Shown here in pieces: positions 21,227-31,400 of a stretch of 64,000 nucleotides of DNA. The notes below the pieces were generated by a model. That model did no database searches, was not told the origin of the DNA, and saw only the letters and a list, made by a program, of their open reading frames with translations. Every line of letters starts with the position of its first letter. The stretch's first letter is position 1. The stretch is from NCBI GenBank assembly GCA_965204335.1, contig OZ241982.1, positions 2,183,462 through 2,247,461 of the forward strand, given 5' to 3'. The position numbers and the translations under genes were made by a program. This DNA is from Dehalococcoidia bacterium. GTDB lineage: Bacteria; Chloroflexota; Dehalococcoidia; Bin125.

Positions 21227-21958
21227 GTGGATCCTCAGTCGATGCCCGGCACGATTCTGGACGGGCACATTCACACCGTTCGCGGAGCCGCCGATTCTGC
21301 CCTGCAGCCGGATGAACTTCTCGAAGAGGCCAAGCGCATTGGCCTCACCGGAGTCAATCTGTCCGAACATGACCGGGTCTGGGAACGCTACGACTGGGGC
21401 AGGTACTCGGAAGAGTTGAACGAGGCGGGCATCTACCTGAATCCGGGCATGGAGGTCTCCACCGACCTTGGCCACATCGTCGTCTTCGGCATTGACCAGT
21501 ACTACGCGGGCATTCGATCAGCCGAGCGGCTGCGCGAAATCTGCGACGAGATCGGCGCATTCATGTCGGTGGCGCACCCGTTTCGCCACTTCTTCGACCC
21601 GGTCACCTTCCGCCGCAAGGGAGAAGAGCCCTTCTCGATGACCCCGGATGAGGCCGCCGAGAAGATGCACGTCTTCCAGGTCGTACACGGAATCGAGGTC
21701 GGCAACGGCGGCAACACCAGGCGCGAGAACCTGTTCGCGCTCGAAGTCGCGCGAATCTTGGGTAAACCGATGACCGGCGGCTCCGACGCCCACTCGACGT
21801 CCGGCATCGGGAGCTACGCGACGGTCTTCCCCGAGCGCCTGACCTGCCGCGAGCAGACGGTCCAGCTGCTGCACGACGGCGCAACGGTGTGCTACGAAGG
21901 TCTCAACACCGGCGAATTCCGCCCGTTCGGACGCTGTCCCGACGATGAAGCTCCCTGA
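21227..21958 (+). CDS. PHP-domain metal-dependent phosphoesterase
   Basis: HxH start (LDGHIHT), SEHD, MSVAHPF, GGSDAHS motifs of the PHP family. Confidence 0.8.
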   Translation: MDPQSMPGTILDGHIHTVRGAADSALQPDELLEEAKRIGLTGVNLSEHDRVWERYDWGRYSEELNEAGIYLNPGMEVSTDLGHIVVFGIDQYYAGIRSAERLREICDEIGAFMSVAHPFRHFFDPVTFRRKGEEPFSMTPDEAAEKMHVFQVVHGIEVGNGGNTRRENLFALEVARILGKPMTGGSDAHSTSGIGSYATVFPERLTCREQTVQLLHDGATVCYEGLNTGEFRPFGRCPDDEAP

Positions 21959-21987
21959 TCTCCGATCGAACGCAGCTGGTTCGAGGC

Positions 21988-24768
21988 GTGCCTGACCGGA
22001 TCTACGCCGCAATCGACCTGGAGATGACAGGTCTCAAGCCCGGCTTCGACGAGATCATCGAAGTTGGCGTCATCCGCTGTACACCGGACGAGGTGCTCGA
22101 CCGCTGGAGCACGCTGGTTCGCCCCCTGGAGATGCCACCACTGCGGGTGCAGCGCATGACCGGCATTACGCCGACGATGTTGGACGACGCTCCTGCCTGG
22201 TCGGAGATCGAGGAGCAGGTTCGAAATCTGCTCGACGGCGCGACCCTGATCGGTCACAACGTTCCGTTCGACGAGAAGTTCCTCGAGGCGGCCGGCATCG
22301 AGTTGCCCAGGCCCTCGATCGACACACTGCCGCTCGCGCAGATCGTCGATCCGGCGGCTCCGTCGCATCGACTGGGCGACCTCTGTAACCGCTACGACAT
22401 CCAACTCGACGCCGCTCACCGCGCCCTGGCCGACGCGGAAGCGGCCCGCCGGATCTACCTGGAACTGGGCAACCGCTTCAGGCGGCTTCCGACGATGGCG
22501 CGAGATGCGCTCGCGGAGCTTGGTGGCGCTGCCTCGGTGTTCTGGACGCCGGGCCGTGTCATCCGGGACTGGTCGCTCAGCGCTGCCGAACGAGGGCTGA
22601 CCCGACGTCCGTCGCAGCGCGAATCGACCAGGGCGCAGGGCCTGGCGCCGGTCGATCTGCCGCGCGGGTCGCTCGAGGAGCTCGTGCGCGCAGCGTTCGA
22701 TTCGGCTGTTGGTGACGACTTCGAACAGCGTGAGGAACAACTGGCGATGGCCCAGGATGTGGCCAACACGCTTCAGTACGGCGGCGCCCGGATCGTCGAG
22801 GCGGGCACCGGCACCGGCAAATCGCTCGCTTACCTGGTGCCGGCAGCGTTGTGGGCGCTCAAGACCGGCAACACGGTGATCGTCAGCACGCACACGATCA
22901 ACCTGCAGCAACAACTCGAAGGCAAGGATGTCGAGTTCGCCCGTCGGCTGATTGCAGGTGTTTCCTCCAAAGCCGCCGAGGCGCTGAAAGCGACCGTCGT
23001 CAAGGGCCGCGACAACTATCTGTGTCAGCAGGGCCTGGACCGCGAACTCGCGCGAGTCGCCGACTGGGAAGACCCCGTGCTGTTGGCTCGCGCCGCGGTG
23101 TGGAGGACCATGACCGAGCGCGGCGATCGCTCCGAACTGCGCATCCCGGCGCCCATGCTTTCTAGCTGGGACCGACTGTCCGCTCGCAACACCGGTTGCC
23201 TGTCCGATCGCACCTGCAGTTATGCCATGAACGGCACCTGCTTCCTGCTTCAGGTTCAGAGGCAGGCGGCGGCCTCGCACATTGTGATCGCCAATCACGC
23301 CCTGCTCATTCGCGCACTGACTAGCGGTGCGATCACGATGCCCGAAGCGCCTGTGGTGATCGTGGACGAATCGCACGCCCTGGAGGATGTCGCGACCGAC
23401 CAGCTCACCCTCCAGATGAGCGAATCCTGGATCAACGAACCGCTGCAGCGGGGAACCGAAGCTCCCGACTCGCTGATGCGGCGCGCGGCGCAAGTCGGCC
23501 TAGTCACCGAGTCGCAACGGCTCAAGCAGCAGTCCGCTCAGTCTGGAGACGCGATCAACCGCTTCTACGATCGGCTTGCGGCGTTCGCGTCCGAGCATGC
23601 GGAGGGCGGAAGAGGGAACGAGGACCGAGTCACCCTGAGCCCGGGTAGCCGCAACAGCCGAGCCTGGTCTGAACTCGAACTCCTCTGGGAAGACACGAAG
23701 GCGTCGTTGAGCGCCTACGGTGGCGCAATCGAAGCCATCGGGGACGCCAGCGCGGCACAGGCCAGAGAGTCGCAGGGCGACGAGGAGAAGGAGCTGGACT
23801 CCGTCAACCTGGAGTCCCGCAATCTGCTCGACGACTTCAACACGCGAACCGGGCAGCTGTCGCGGGCCGTGCTTGAACCGTCGGCGGCGGAAGTGGCATG
23901 GGTCGCTCGCGAGCATCGTAAGTCCGGCGAAGCCAGCATTCAGGCCGCGCCGCTGAACGTCTCGTCCCACCTTCAGCCGCTCTGGAACGACCTGCACGCG
24001 GCCGTGCTCACCGGCGCGACCTTGGCGACCAGCGCACAGGAAGAGTCCGCCTTCAACTACCTGCGCGAGCGGTTGGGCATCGCGGACGCCGCCGAGGCGC
24101 AGTACGGCTCGCCGTTTGACTATGAACGAAACTGCAGAATCTATCTCCCGACCGACGTGCTCGATGCCGACGACCACGAACACAACGAGTCGGTGGCCCG
24201 GGCGGTCCGGCTCCTCGCCGAGGCCGCCGGTGGTCGCACGATGGTCCTGTTCCGCTCCTACAGCGCCATGAACCAGGTTCACCGGCGGATCAAGGATGAT
24301 CTCGAGCAGGCCGGGCTCGTGTTGCTCCGGCAGGGTCGGGACGGCGCCGCCGCGACCATCGTCGAAGCGCTTCGCAACGATCCGAAGCTGGTCGTATTCG
24401 GCGTGGCCGCGCTCTGGACGGGCGTCGACATTCCCGGAGATGCGTTGTCCCTGCTGATCATGACCCGACTGCCGTTCGTACCGCCCAACGACCCGGTCCT
24501 CAAAGCCCGCGGCGAGCAGTACGACAACGAGTTCATGGAGTTCTCGCTGCCCGCCGCCGTGCTCCAGTTCCGGCAGGGCATCGGCCGGTTGATCCGGACA
24601 CAGTCCGACCGCGGGGCAGCGGTCATCCTGGACGGTCGAATCAGCACTCGGCGCTACGGCCGGCACTTCATCGACGCGCTTCCGCCCGCGCCCATCGTTC
24701 GCGAACCGATCAACCGAGTGGCGGAAGATCTCAGGCAGTTTCTCCCGGGGACCGGAGACCGTCCGTGA
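21988..24768 (+). CDS. dinG: ATP-dependent helicase DinG with an N-terminal DnaQ-like 3'-5' exonuclease domain
   Basis: Exonuclease motifs (AAIDLEMTGL, GHNVPFDEKFL, HRALADAEA) followed by the DEAD_2/Rad3 helicase region (VEAGTGTGKSLAYLVPA..., VIVDESHALED). Confidence 0.9.
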   Translation: MPDRIYAAIDLEMTGLKPGFDEIIEVGVIRCTPDEVLDRWSTLVRPLEMPPLRVQRMTGITPTMLDDAPAWSEIEEQVRNLLDGATLIGHNVPFDEKFLEAAGIELPRPSIDTLPLAQIVDPAAPSHRLGDLCNRYDIQLDAAHRALADAEAARRIYLELGNRFRRLPTMARDALAELGGAASVFWTPGRVIRDWSLSAAERGLTRRPSQRESTRAQGLAPVDLPRGSLEELVRAAFDSAVGDDFEQREEQLAMAQDVANTLQYGGARIVEAGTGTGKSLAYLVPAALWALKTGNTVIVSTHTINLQQQLEGKDVEFARRLIAGVSSKAAEALKATVVKGRDNYLCQQGLDRELARVADWEDPVLLARAAVWRTMTERGDRSELRIPAPMLSSWDRLSARNTGCLSDRTCSYAMNGTCFLLQVQRQAAASHIVIANHALLIRALTSGAITMPEAPVVIVDESHALEDVATDQLTLQMSESWINEPLQRGTEAPDSLMRRAAQVGLVTESQRLKQQSAQSGDAINRFYDRLAAFASEHAEGGRGNEDRVTLSPGSRNSRAWSELELLWEDTKASLSAYGGAIEAIGDASAAQARESQGDEEKELDSVNLESRNLLDDFNTRTGQLSRAVLEPSAAEVAWVAREHRKSGEASIQAAPLNVSSHLQPLWNDLHAAVLTGATLATSAQEESAFNYLRERLGIADAAEAQYGSPFDYERNCRIYLPTDVLDADDHEHNESVARAVRLLAEAAGGRTMVLFRSYSAMNQVHRRIKDDLEQAGLVLLRQGRDGAAATIVEALRNDPKLVVFGVAALWTGVDIPGDALSLLIMTRLPFVPPNDPVLKARGEQYDNEFMEFSLPAAVLQFRQGIGRLIRTQSDRGAAVILDGRISTRRYGRHFIDALPPAPIVREPINRVAEDLRQFLPGTGDRP

Positions 24769-25280
24769 ATTCGGAACCTGAGTGGCCGCAGGCGGTGCGA
24801 GGACCGCGGGCAACCATCGCCCGCTTCGGCGGCGAGCCGATCGAAGCAGACTGGTTCGCCGAGGCAGCCCAGGCGATCGCCGGTCGAGCCGCGCCCTGTC
24901 TGATCCAACGCCGCCTGGATGATGGCGACCAGGGCTGGTGGATTCTCGGCGACGATCAGACGGTCGGCGCCATGTGCGGGCGGATCATCAACCTGGCGGA
25001 CGGGTCCGAGGCTGTAGCCCTGGTCTGGACCTGGCTCGCGGTCGACGCTCGCTGGCGCGCCTTCGGCTACGGCGGCGCTGCCGTTCCCCTGCTCGAGCAG
25101 GCAGCCGAAACGGCCGGCGCGCAGATCGCCCTCGCGCCCCTGCCGCCCGACAATGGAGTCGCGCTCTACTTCTGGTTACGCTTGGGCTACACGCCGCTGC
25201 GCGATGTGGCCGTCGGACCCGACGATTGGCCCGCCGGCCTCTCGGGCGACGCGCTCTGGATGCAGCGCCGAATCGCCTAG
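24765..25280 (+). CDS. GNAT-family N-acetyltransferase (putative)
   Basis: GTG start overlapping the dinG stop; acetyl-CoA-binding-like RWRAFGYGGAAV ... YFWLRLGY. Confidence 0.55.
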   Translation: MNSEPEWPQAVRGPRATIARFGGEPIEADWFAEAAQAIAGRAAPCLIQRRLDDGDQGWWILGDDQTVGAMCGRIINLADGSEAVALVWTWLAVDARWRAFGYGGAAVPLLEQAAETAGAQIALAPLPPDNGVALYFWLRLGYTPLRDVAVGPDDWPAGLSGDALWMQRRIA

Positions 25281-25320
25281 CGAACGCGCAACACACCGTT
25301 GCTGAGACCCCGAGGAGTCC

Positions 25321-25743
25321 GTGATGACCCTGGTTCTTCCTGACGACGTTCGTGATCGCGTCAACGGCGCGCTCGACGAGGGCTTCCCGCTCTCGATGAT
25401 GGCGGTCAGCGCCGACTCGCTTCCGGTCGTCAGTTTCCGCGGCAGCACGCAAACCTTCGGCGACGACGCGCTCGCTATCTGGGTTCGAGGAAACGCCTCA
25501 TCCACGCTCGCGGCGATCGCTCAGAATCCAAATGTCGCGGTGATCTACACCAACATGCCCTCGCGGAGGTTCTTCATTTTCCGCGGTCAGGCAGCCGTGA
25601 CCAGCGATCCGGGCGAGCGCGACCAGATCTGGGAAGGCCAGCACGACCTGGAGAAGGCCCGTGACATGGAGCGAACCGGCACCGCCGTGGTTATTCGGCT
25701 CGATTCCGTGCAGGGCAGCGGAGTCAACCTCACCCGCGACTAG
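25321..25743 (+). CDS. pyridoxamine 5'-phosphate oxidase-like FMN-binding split-barrel protein
   Basis: 140 aa; PNPOx-like pattern (PLSMMAVSADSLPVVSFRG ... AVIYTNMPSRRFFIFRGQAAV). Confidence 0.6.
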   Translation: MMTLVLPDDVRDRVNGALDEGFPLSMMAVSADSLPVVSFRGSTQTFGDDALAIWVRGNASSTLAAIAQNPNVAVIYTNMPSRRFFIFRGQAAVTSDPGERDQIWEGQHDLEKARDMERTGTAVVIRLDSVQGSGVNLTRD

Positions 25744-26036
25744 CGGTCCTGGTCCCGCCGTCGTTGCAAGGAACGCCGGAACAGCCGCCCGCCGCCGAGA
25801 CCGGCCATCAGCACGCCGATCCAGAGGACAATCTGCTCCACGAGGCCGCCGAACCCCGAGAAGGCCCAACCGAGCCAGACGCCCAGACCCATTGCGGTCA
25901 CCACGCCGGCCGTCGGCAGCCACCAGCGTCGCCGCGACTCGACGCGTTCCGCTGTTGCGGAATCGGCAGTCGCCTGGGGTGGCGGTGCGGCGGCGGCTGA
26001 ACGGCGTCGACGTCGACGCGGGCGCTGGCGAGGCAT
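25740..26036 (-). CDS. small membrane protein (Arg-rich N-terminus, 2 TM helices)
   Basis: ATG 26036 (MPRQRPRRRRRRSAAAAPPP...WWLPTAGVVTAMGLGVWLGWAFSGFGGLVEQIVLWIGVLMAGLGGG) begins 2 nt after the stop of the upstream Zn-ribbon gene. Confidence 0.4.
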   Translation of the reverse strand: MPRQRPRRRRRRSAAAAPPPQATADSATAERVESRRRWWLPTAGVVTAMGLGVWLGWAFSGFGGLVEQIVLWIGVLMAGLGGGRLFRRSLQRRRDQDR

Positions 26037-26037
26037 C

Positions 26038-26382
26038 TCAACGCCGCCGCCGCGCGAGATCGCGAGCGGTCGCGCCCCCGCTCGCCCGGCGCGCTCGAGG
26101 TTTGGACGGTTCCGGCACCGAATCGGACGCCGTCGGCTCATCCGATCCGGGCGCCGGTTCGCCGGCCTGCTCGGCCAGGCAGATTCGACAGGCGAACTGC
26201 AGGGCCATCACTTCATCGTCGATCCACACGTCGCCGCAGTCGGGCCCGGTCGCCGTTGTGGTCAGGCGGAGATGAAAGTACTCGCCGCAGCGATAGCAAT
26301 CGGAGCGGGCGTCGGGCGCGGCCGGTTCGCCGCAGACGACGCAGGGCCAGGCGCCTTCGGAGACGGATACGTCGGTGGTCAT
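26038..26382 (-). CDS. zinc-ribbon protein (CxxC...CxxC...CxxC)
   Basis: MTTDVSVSEGAWPCVVCGEP...CYRCGEYFH...CGDVWIDDEVMALQFACRICLAEQ; its ATG overlaps the cca stop (ATGA at 26379..26382). Confidence 0.5.
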   Translation of the reverse strand: MTTDVSVSEGAWPCVVCGEPAAPDARSDCYRCGEYFHLRLTTTATGPDCGDVWIDDEVMALQFACRICLAEQAGEPAPGSDEPTASDSVPEPSKPRARRASGGATARDLARRRR

Positions 26383-27629
26383 CGCGACAATCGTATCCGC
26401 TGTCTCAATCGGGCAACAGCCGACCAATCGTCAGGGTCCAGCTCCCCATCCCAGACCATCGCCTCGATCGCTCTGATCGTCTCTCCCATCTGTGGTCCGG
26501 GCTGAAGCCCGAGCTCGATCAATTCGGACGGCGATACTGGCGAGCGAACTTCCGCGCGGCGAAGCAAGTACGCGGACACGGCTGTCCCGGACGCGCCGCT
26601 CCACAGTTGCGAGGCCGCTTCGAGCGCCGGATCAGGCAGGACCGTCAGCAGCGCCGCGACACGCGATGGGCGGCGGGTGGCGCCGAGACTCCGCCGTAGC
26701 TGCCTCAGCGAGACACCGGCAGCGAGGGCGGCACGCTCGGCTCTGCGCATTCCCACTGAGCGAGGCAGCCAGTCGGAGACGGCAGGATCCGCGTCCAGCA
26801 GTCCGATGGCGGCCCAGAACGACTCGGCAGTTCGGCAGACGCGCAGAGCAGCGGGCGGGACCGTCCATCGCATCTCGCGCGATTGCGGAATCTTCAACTG
26901 CCGCGCGATGCTCAGGGTCGAAGCCGCCTGGGGTTCCTCCAGGAGCAGACGCCAGGCGTCGCCGAAGCGCTCTGCAGTCAGCGCCCGCAGATGATGCCGA
27001 TCACGCCTCGCGTCACGAGCCGTCCTGCGTTCGATCGACGCGCCGATGCGAGCGGCATAGCGCGCGGCGCGAATCAGTCGAGTCGGGTCGTCCCGAAACG
27101 AGGCCGAGTGCAGCGTCCGGATTTGCCTGCGCTCCAGATCGTCGACGCCTCCGTGCGGATCGAGCAACGCGCCGGCCCGCTCGCCGGTCAACGCCAATGC
27201 CATCGCGTTAATCGAGAAATCGCGCCGCCCCAGGTCCACATCGATAGGCGCGGGCTGCACGGACGGCAAGGCGCCCGGCCTGCTGTATCCCTCGCTCCTG
27301 GTCTGCGCCAGATCGATGCGGGCGCCGTCGGCCAGCGTCGCGCTGGCGGTGCCGAATCGCTCGTGTCTGACCGGTCCTTCGTTCGCCGCCTCTGCCAGCA
27401 CCGCGAGCATTGGTCCCGGTGATCTTTCGATCGCCAGGTCAATGTCCAGCGTGGTCCCATCCTGGTTGTCCGACCCAAGCAGGACGTCCCGGATCAGCCC
27501 TCCCACGACGAAGAGCGCCGCATCGCGCTCTGATGCCAAATGACATAACGTATGAAGCAGCGACTCGGCGACCGGGGATCGCCGGCGTATCGCCAGGAAC
27601 ACGCGTTCCGTCAGATTGCGGGCATGCAC
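26379..27629 (-). CDS. cca: CCA-adding tRNA nucleotidyltransferase
   Basis: Pol-beta head motif LFVVGGLIRDVLLG...DIDL; probable GTG start near 27629, and the N-terminal ~58 aa of the track ORF are low-complexity run-on. Confidence 0.85.
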   Translation of the reverse strand: MHARNLTERVFLAIRRRSPVAESLLHTLCHLASERDAALFVVGGLIRDVLLGSDNQDGTTLDIDLAIERSPGPMLAVLAEAANEGPVRHERFGTASATLADGARIDLAQTRSEGYSRPGALPSVQPAPIDVDLGRRDFSINAMALALTGERAGALLDPHGGVDDLERRQIRTLHSASFRDDPTRLIRAARYAARIGASIERRTARDARRDRHHLRALTAERFGDAWRLLLEEPQAASTLSIARQLKIPQSREMRWTVPPAALRVCRTAESFWAAIGLLDADPAVSDWLPRSVGMRRAERAALAAGVSLRQLRRSLGATRRPSRVAALLTVLPDPALEAASQLWSGASGTAVSAYLLRRAEVRSPVSPSELIELGLQPGPQMGETIRAIEAMVWDGELDPDDWSAVARLRQRIRLSR

Positions 27630-27738
27630 CGTGTCGGAGATCGCTAAACCTCGTTCCCTTGGACCCACCGTACGCCCTGCGTCGCCGCGCGACGCTGCGG
27701 TCGCTGGGTATTGATCACTTGAGTAGACTGGAACGGTT

Positions 27739-28452
27739 ATGTGTGTCTCCTCGAGTGATCGCCTGGACGAACTGCAAGCGCGGCTCCAGTATTGGTTTGC
27801 CAACGACCGGCTGCTGCGGCAGGCGCTGATCCACCGTTCCTACCTGAACGAGGCCGGGGAAACCGACCTCGAGTCCAATGAACGACTCGAATTCCTCGGC
27901 GATGCCGTCCTGGGCGCCGTGGTCGCGAATCGGCTCTACTTGAGATTCCCCAACGCCGGAGAAGGCTGGCTGACCGTTGCCCGCTCGCGACTCGTGCGCA
28001 ACGAGACGCTCGGGCGGCTTGGTCGCGAGATTGGCCTGGGTGCATGCCTGCTCATGGGTGCGGGTATCTCCAATGACGGCGCGCGAGACAGGCTGAGCGT
28101 GTTGAGCCGTTCCCTGGAGGCGGTGTTCGGCGCGGTCTGGCTCGATGGTGGCGATGCGGCCGCAACCACGGTCATCCTGCGCCTGTTGGCGCCCAATCTT
28201 GAATCATTGGCTCTGGACGACGTGGAGCCGGACTCCAAGTCGCAACTGCAGCAACTCACCCAGGCCCAGGGCGGCGCCCAGCCCTCCTATGTGATCGTCG
28301 ACGAGACCGGGCCGCCGCACGACCGAACGTTTCGCGCCCTGGTCGAACTGGAGGGGCGCGCGTTGGCTGAGGGCGAGGGGCGCAGCAAACAGGCGGCTGA
28401 AATGGACGCCGCTCGCCACGCCCTGGCGACACTCGAGGAGCGGACCGTATGA
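27739..28452 (+). CDS. rnc: ribonuclease III
   Basis: RNase III signature ERLEFLGDAVLG plus a C-terminal dsRBD. Confidence 0.9.
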   Translation: MCVSSSDRLDELQARLQYWFANDRLLRQALIHRSYLNEAGETDLESNERLEFLGDAVLGAVVANRLYLRFPNAGEGWLTVARSRLVRNETLGRLGREIGLGACLLMGAGISNDGARDRLSVLSRSLEAVFGAVWLDGGDAAATTVILRLLAPNLESLALDDVEPDSKSQLQQLTQAQGGAQPSYVIVDETGPPHDRTFRALVELEGRALAEGEGRSKQAAEMDAARHALATLEERTV

Positions 28453-31400
28453 CACGACTCCGGGCGGTCGATCTGCATGGCTACAAGTCGTTTGCCGCCC
28501 GAACGTCGCTGCACTTCGACGAGCCGGTGACCGCGATCGTCGGCCCCAACGGCTCCGGCAAATCGAATGTCATGGATGCGCTGCGCTGGGCGATCGGCGC
28601 AGGTGCCGGCCGTGCGTTGCGAACCCGGCGGGCCGAAGACGTTGTCTTCTCGGGCGGCCGAGACCGGGCTGCCAGCGGCTTCGCCGAGGTACGCGTCGAG
28701 TTCGACAACGGCGACCGTTGGCTCGATCTCGACGCGGCCGAGGTCGAAATCGTCCGTCGCGTTCACCGCGATGGCCAGTCCGAGGTTCGAGTCAACGGGC
28801 GAGTCGCCCGACTGCGCGACGTCCAGGACCTGTTCCGCAACAGCGGCCTGGGGTCGGGCGGCTTCGCGCTGATGAGCCAGGGTCTCGTCGATGAAATGCT
28901 CCGCCTCCGGCCCCACGAGCGGCGCCAGGCGATCGAAGAGGTCGGCGGCGTCCGGCAGCATCGACATCAGATGGAAGAATCGCGCCGGCGTCGACTCCGT
29001 GCGCAGGAACATCTCGATCGCGCTCGCCTGCTCCGAGACGAGCTGGCGCCCAGACTGAGGAGCCTTGAACGGTCCGCCAGGCGAGCGCGCCGACTCGGTG
29101 AGTTGCAGCGCCAACTCGAGGAATCGCAGCAGCGGTACTTCGCCGCCGCGGCGGCCGAGTCGGAGCACGAACTGCTTGTCCGGCACGAGGCAGCCCAATC
29201 GGCGGAGGCAGCCAGATCGGACGCGGAACGTCGTCGGGACGAGGCCACCGACGCTCTGGCGGCCGTCGAGCGAGAGGCCGCGCTCGCGCGACGCACCGTA
29301 GACGAATCGGCAGCCAGGCTGAGCGCCGCAAGATCGCAACTGCGAACGCTCGAACACCAACAGGAACTCGACCAGCAGCAATGCTCGTGGCTCAGCCGCG
29401 AAGTTTCCGATCTCTCCGGCCGGATGCAGAGCGAGCGAAGCACGGTGTCTGATGGCAGTCTTGAGGCCGTGCAGGACTCCCTGGCGCGGGCCAATCGAGC
29501 GTTGGCGGAGGCCCGAAGCCGACGGGATCGGCTCGAGCGCGATCAGGCAAGCGCGTCCGCGCGCCATCGACGCGCGCAATCCGACGAGCGCAGTGCGCGC
29601 TCAGATGCCAGGCGGCTCGTTCGTCATTGGAAGGCCGTCAATGCGCAGTCTGACTTGACCGCCGGTGAGCTGGCGCAGGCAGAGCACGCCGCCCGCCGGT
29701 CGCAGGCGAGGCTGCAAGCATCCGAGCAAGAACTCGAGCGGTCGCAGCGAGAACTCTCGACCGCCCGCGAACAGTTCGAGGAGCAGCAACGGAAACGCTC
29801 GTCGATCAGTCGCCGGATTGAGCAGATCGTCTCGCAGATCGAGGCGTTGGAGCAGCGTCAGGCGCCCGCCGACACGCTGCGCAGGATCGTGCAGGAACAG
29901 ATCAAGGACGCCGCGTTGGCCGACGCCATCTTCGGCGAGCTGATGGACGCCTCGCTGCACGACAGCCTCGACGAGGCAATCGATGCGGCCCGCGCGGGCC
30001 TCGAGGCGGATGCGGGCCGAGTGTCGACGATCGAGGCGGGCCGGGCGACCGATCTGGTCAACTCCCTGATCGCCTCGGTCGAGTTCGTGGACCGGATCGA
30101 AGAGGCCAGGCAGGCAGCGGCCGAGGGTCGAACGGCGGTCACGCCGGCAGGCATCGTAGTACGTCCGGACGGCGTCGTGCAGGCGGGCGGTTCACAGCCC
30201 GGCGCCCGGCGAATGCGAGAGCAGTTGAGCGAACTCCGGACGGAGCAGCAACAGATTCGCCTCCTCCTCGAGCAGCTGCCGGACGAGCGCGAAGCCCGCG
30301 AGAAGCTCCGGGAGCTTGAAGCCTCGATAGTGGTCGCAACGGCCGAGGTCGATGCCCAACGTTCCTCGGCGTCCGAAGCGGTCGCATCGTTCGAGCTCGC
30401 CAGACGGCGGCGCTCATCGACGATCGCCGAGCTTCGCTCCGCGCGAGCCACCGCAGCGCAGGTGCGGTCGACGCTTGAACGGGCGCGAAGAGATGTCAAT
30501 CAAACTGCTCTGGCGTTGCGAGACGCCTCCTCGCAGAGGCCGATCGATGTCAGCGTTCTGGAGCAGGAACGCGATCGGCTGGCCGCTGAGTTGGCCGAGG
30601 CGCGGGCGCAACGCGCCGCCCATGAACGAACTCGGGCAGATCGAGCCCGACTGTCGTCCTTGCGGCGAGAGCTCGACGCGGTTGAATCGAACATCCGGGA
30701 ACGCGAGCCGGAGTTGGAACGCGCTGCGTCAATAGCATCCGATACCGACCAACTCGATGCCGCTCGACAGCATCTCGAGCTCCTCAGCGAACGTCGTACA
30801 CAGGCCGCCGCCGAACTTGAACGCCTGCAACAAGCTCGGCTGATTGCCGAGCGACGCGCGATCGAGGCGTCGGCGGATCTCCGAGAAGTCGAGTCCGCTC
30901 GCGCCCGCCTCGCAGCCGAGGCTGCCGCCGAAGGCATCGACCTCAACGCGCTGCATCGCGCCGCCCAGTCGGCGTTCGATCTCAACGGCGCAGGACATCA
31001 ATCCGGGAACGGATCCGCGAATGGGTCGAGCAACGGCATGGCTCACACCGGGCGCCGGGCGCAAACGGCGGTCGCTGTGGCTGCGCCGAGCGTCGCCGAG
31101 CTGCGGGACGCCGTCATGGAGGCGAGAGCCAAGCTCCAGCGCTTGGGGCCGGTCGATCCCGGCGCGGCGCACGAATTCGAAGCGGAGCAGGCCCGCTGGC
31201 AGGGCATTGAGACCCAGATAGCGGACCTCGAAGACACTGAGCTGTCGCTTCGCGAAGCGGAACGCGACCTCGAGCTACTGATTGAACGCCGCTTCCGCGA
31301 GGCCTGTCGTCGCGTCGACGAGGCGTTCCAGCAGTACTTCCAGCTCATGTTCCGAGGCGGCAAGGCGGAACTGGTGCTCACGGAGGACTCCGCCGGCTCC

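Noticed and set aside
25740-26427. Zinc-ribbon ORF and downstream small membrane ORF read as a single frameshifted pseudogene
   Set aside because: The two ORFs are in different frames. However, the membrane ORF has its own ATG 2 nt after the zinc-ribbon stop, so two tightly coupled genes explain the layout without invoking a frameshift.
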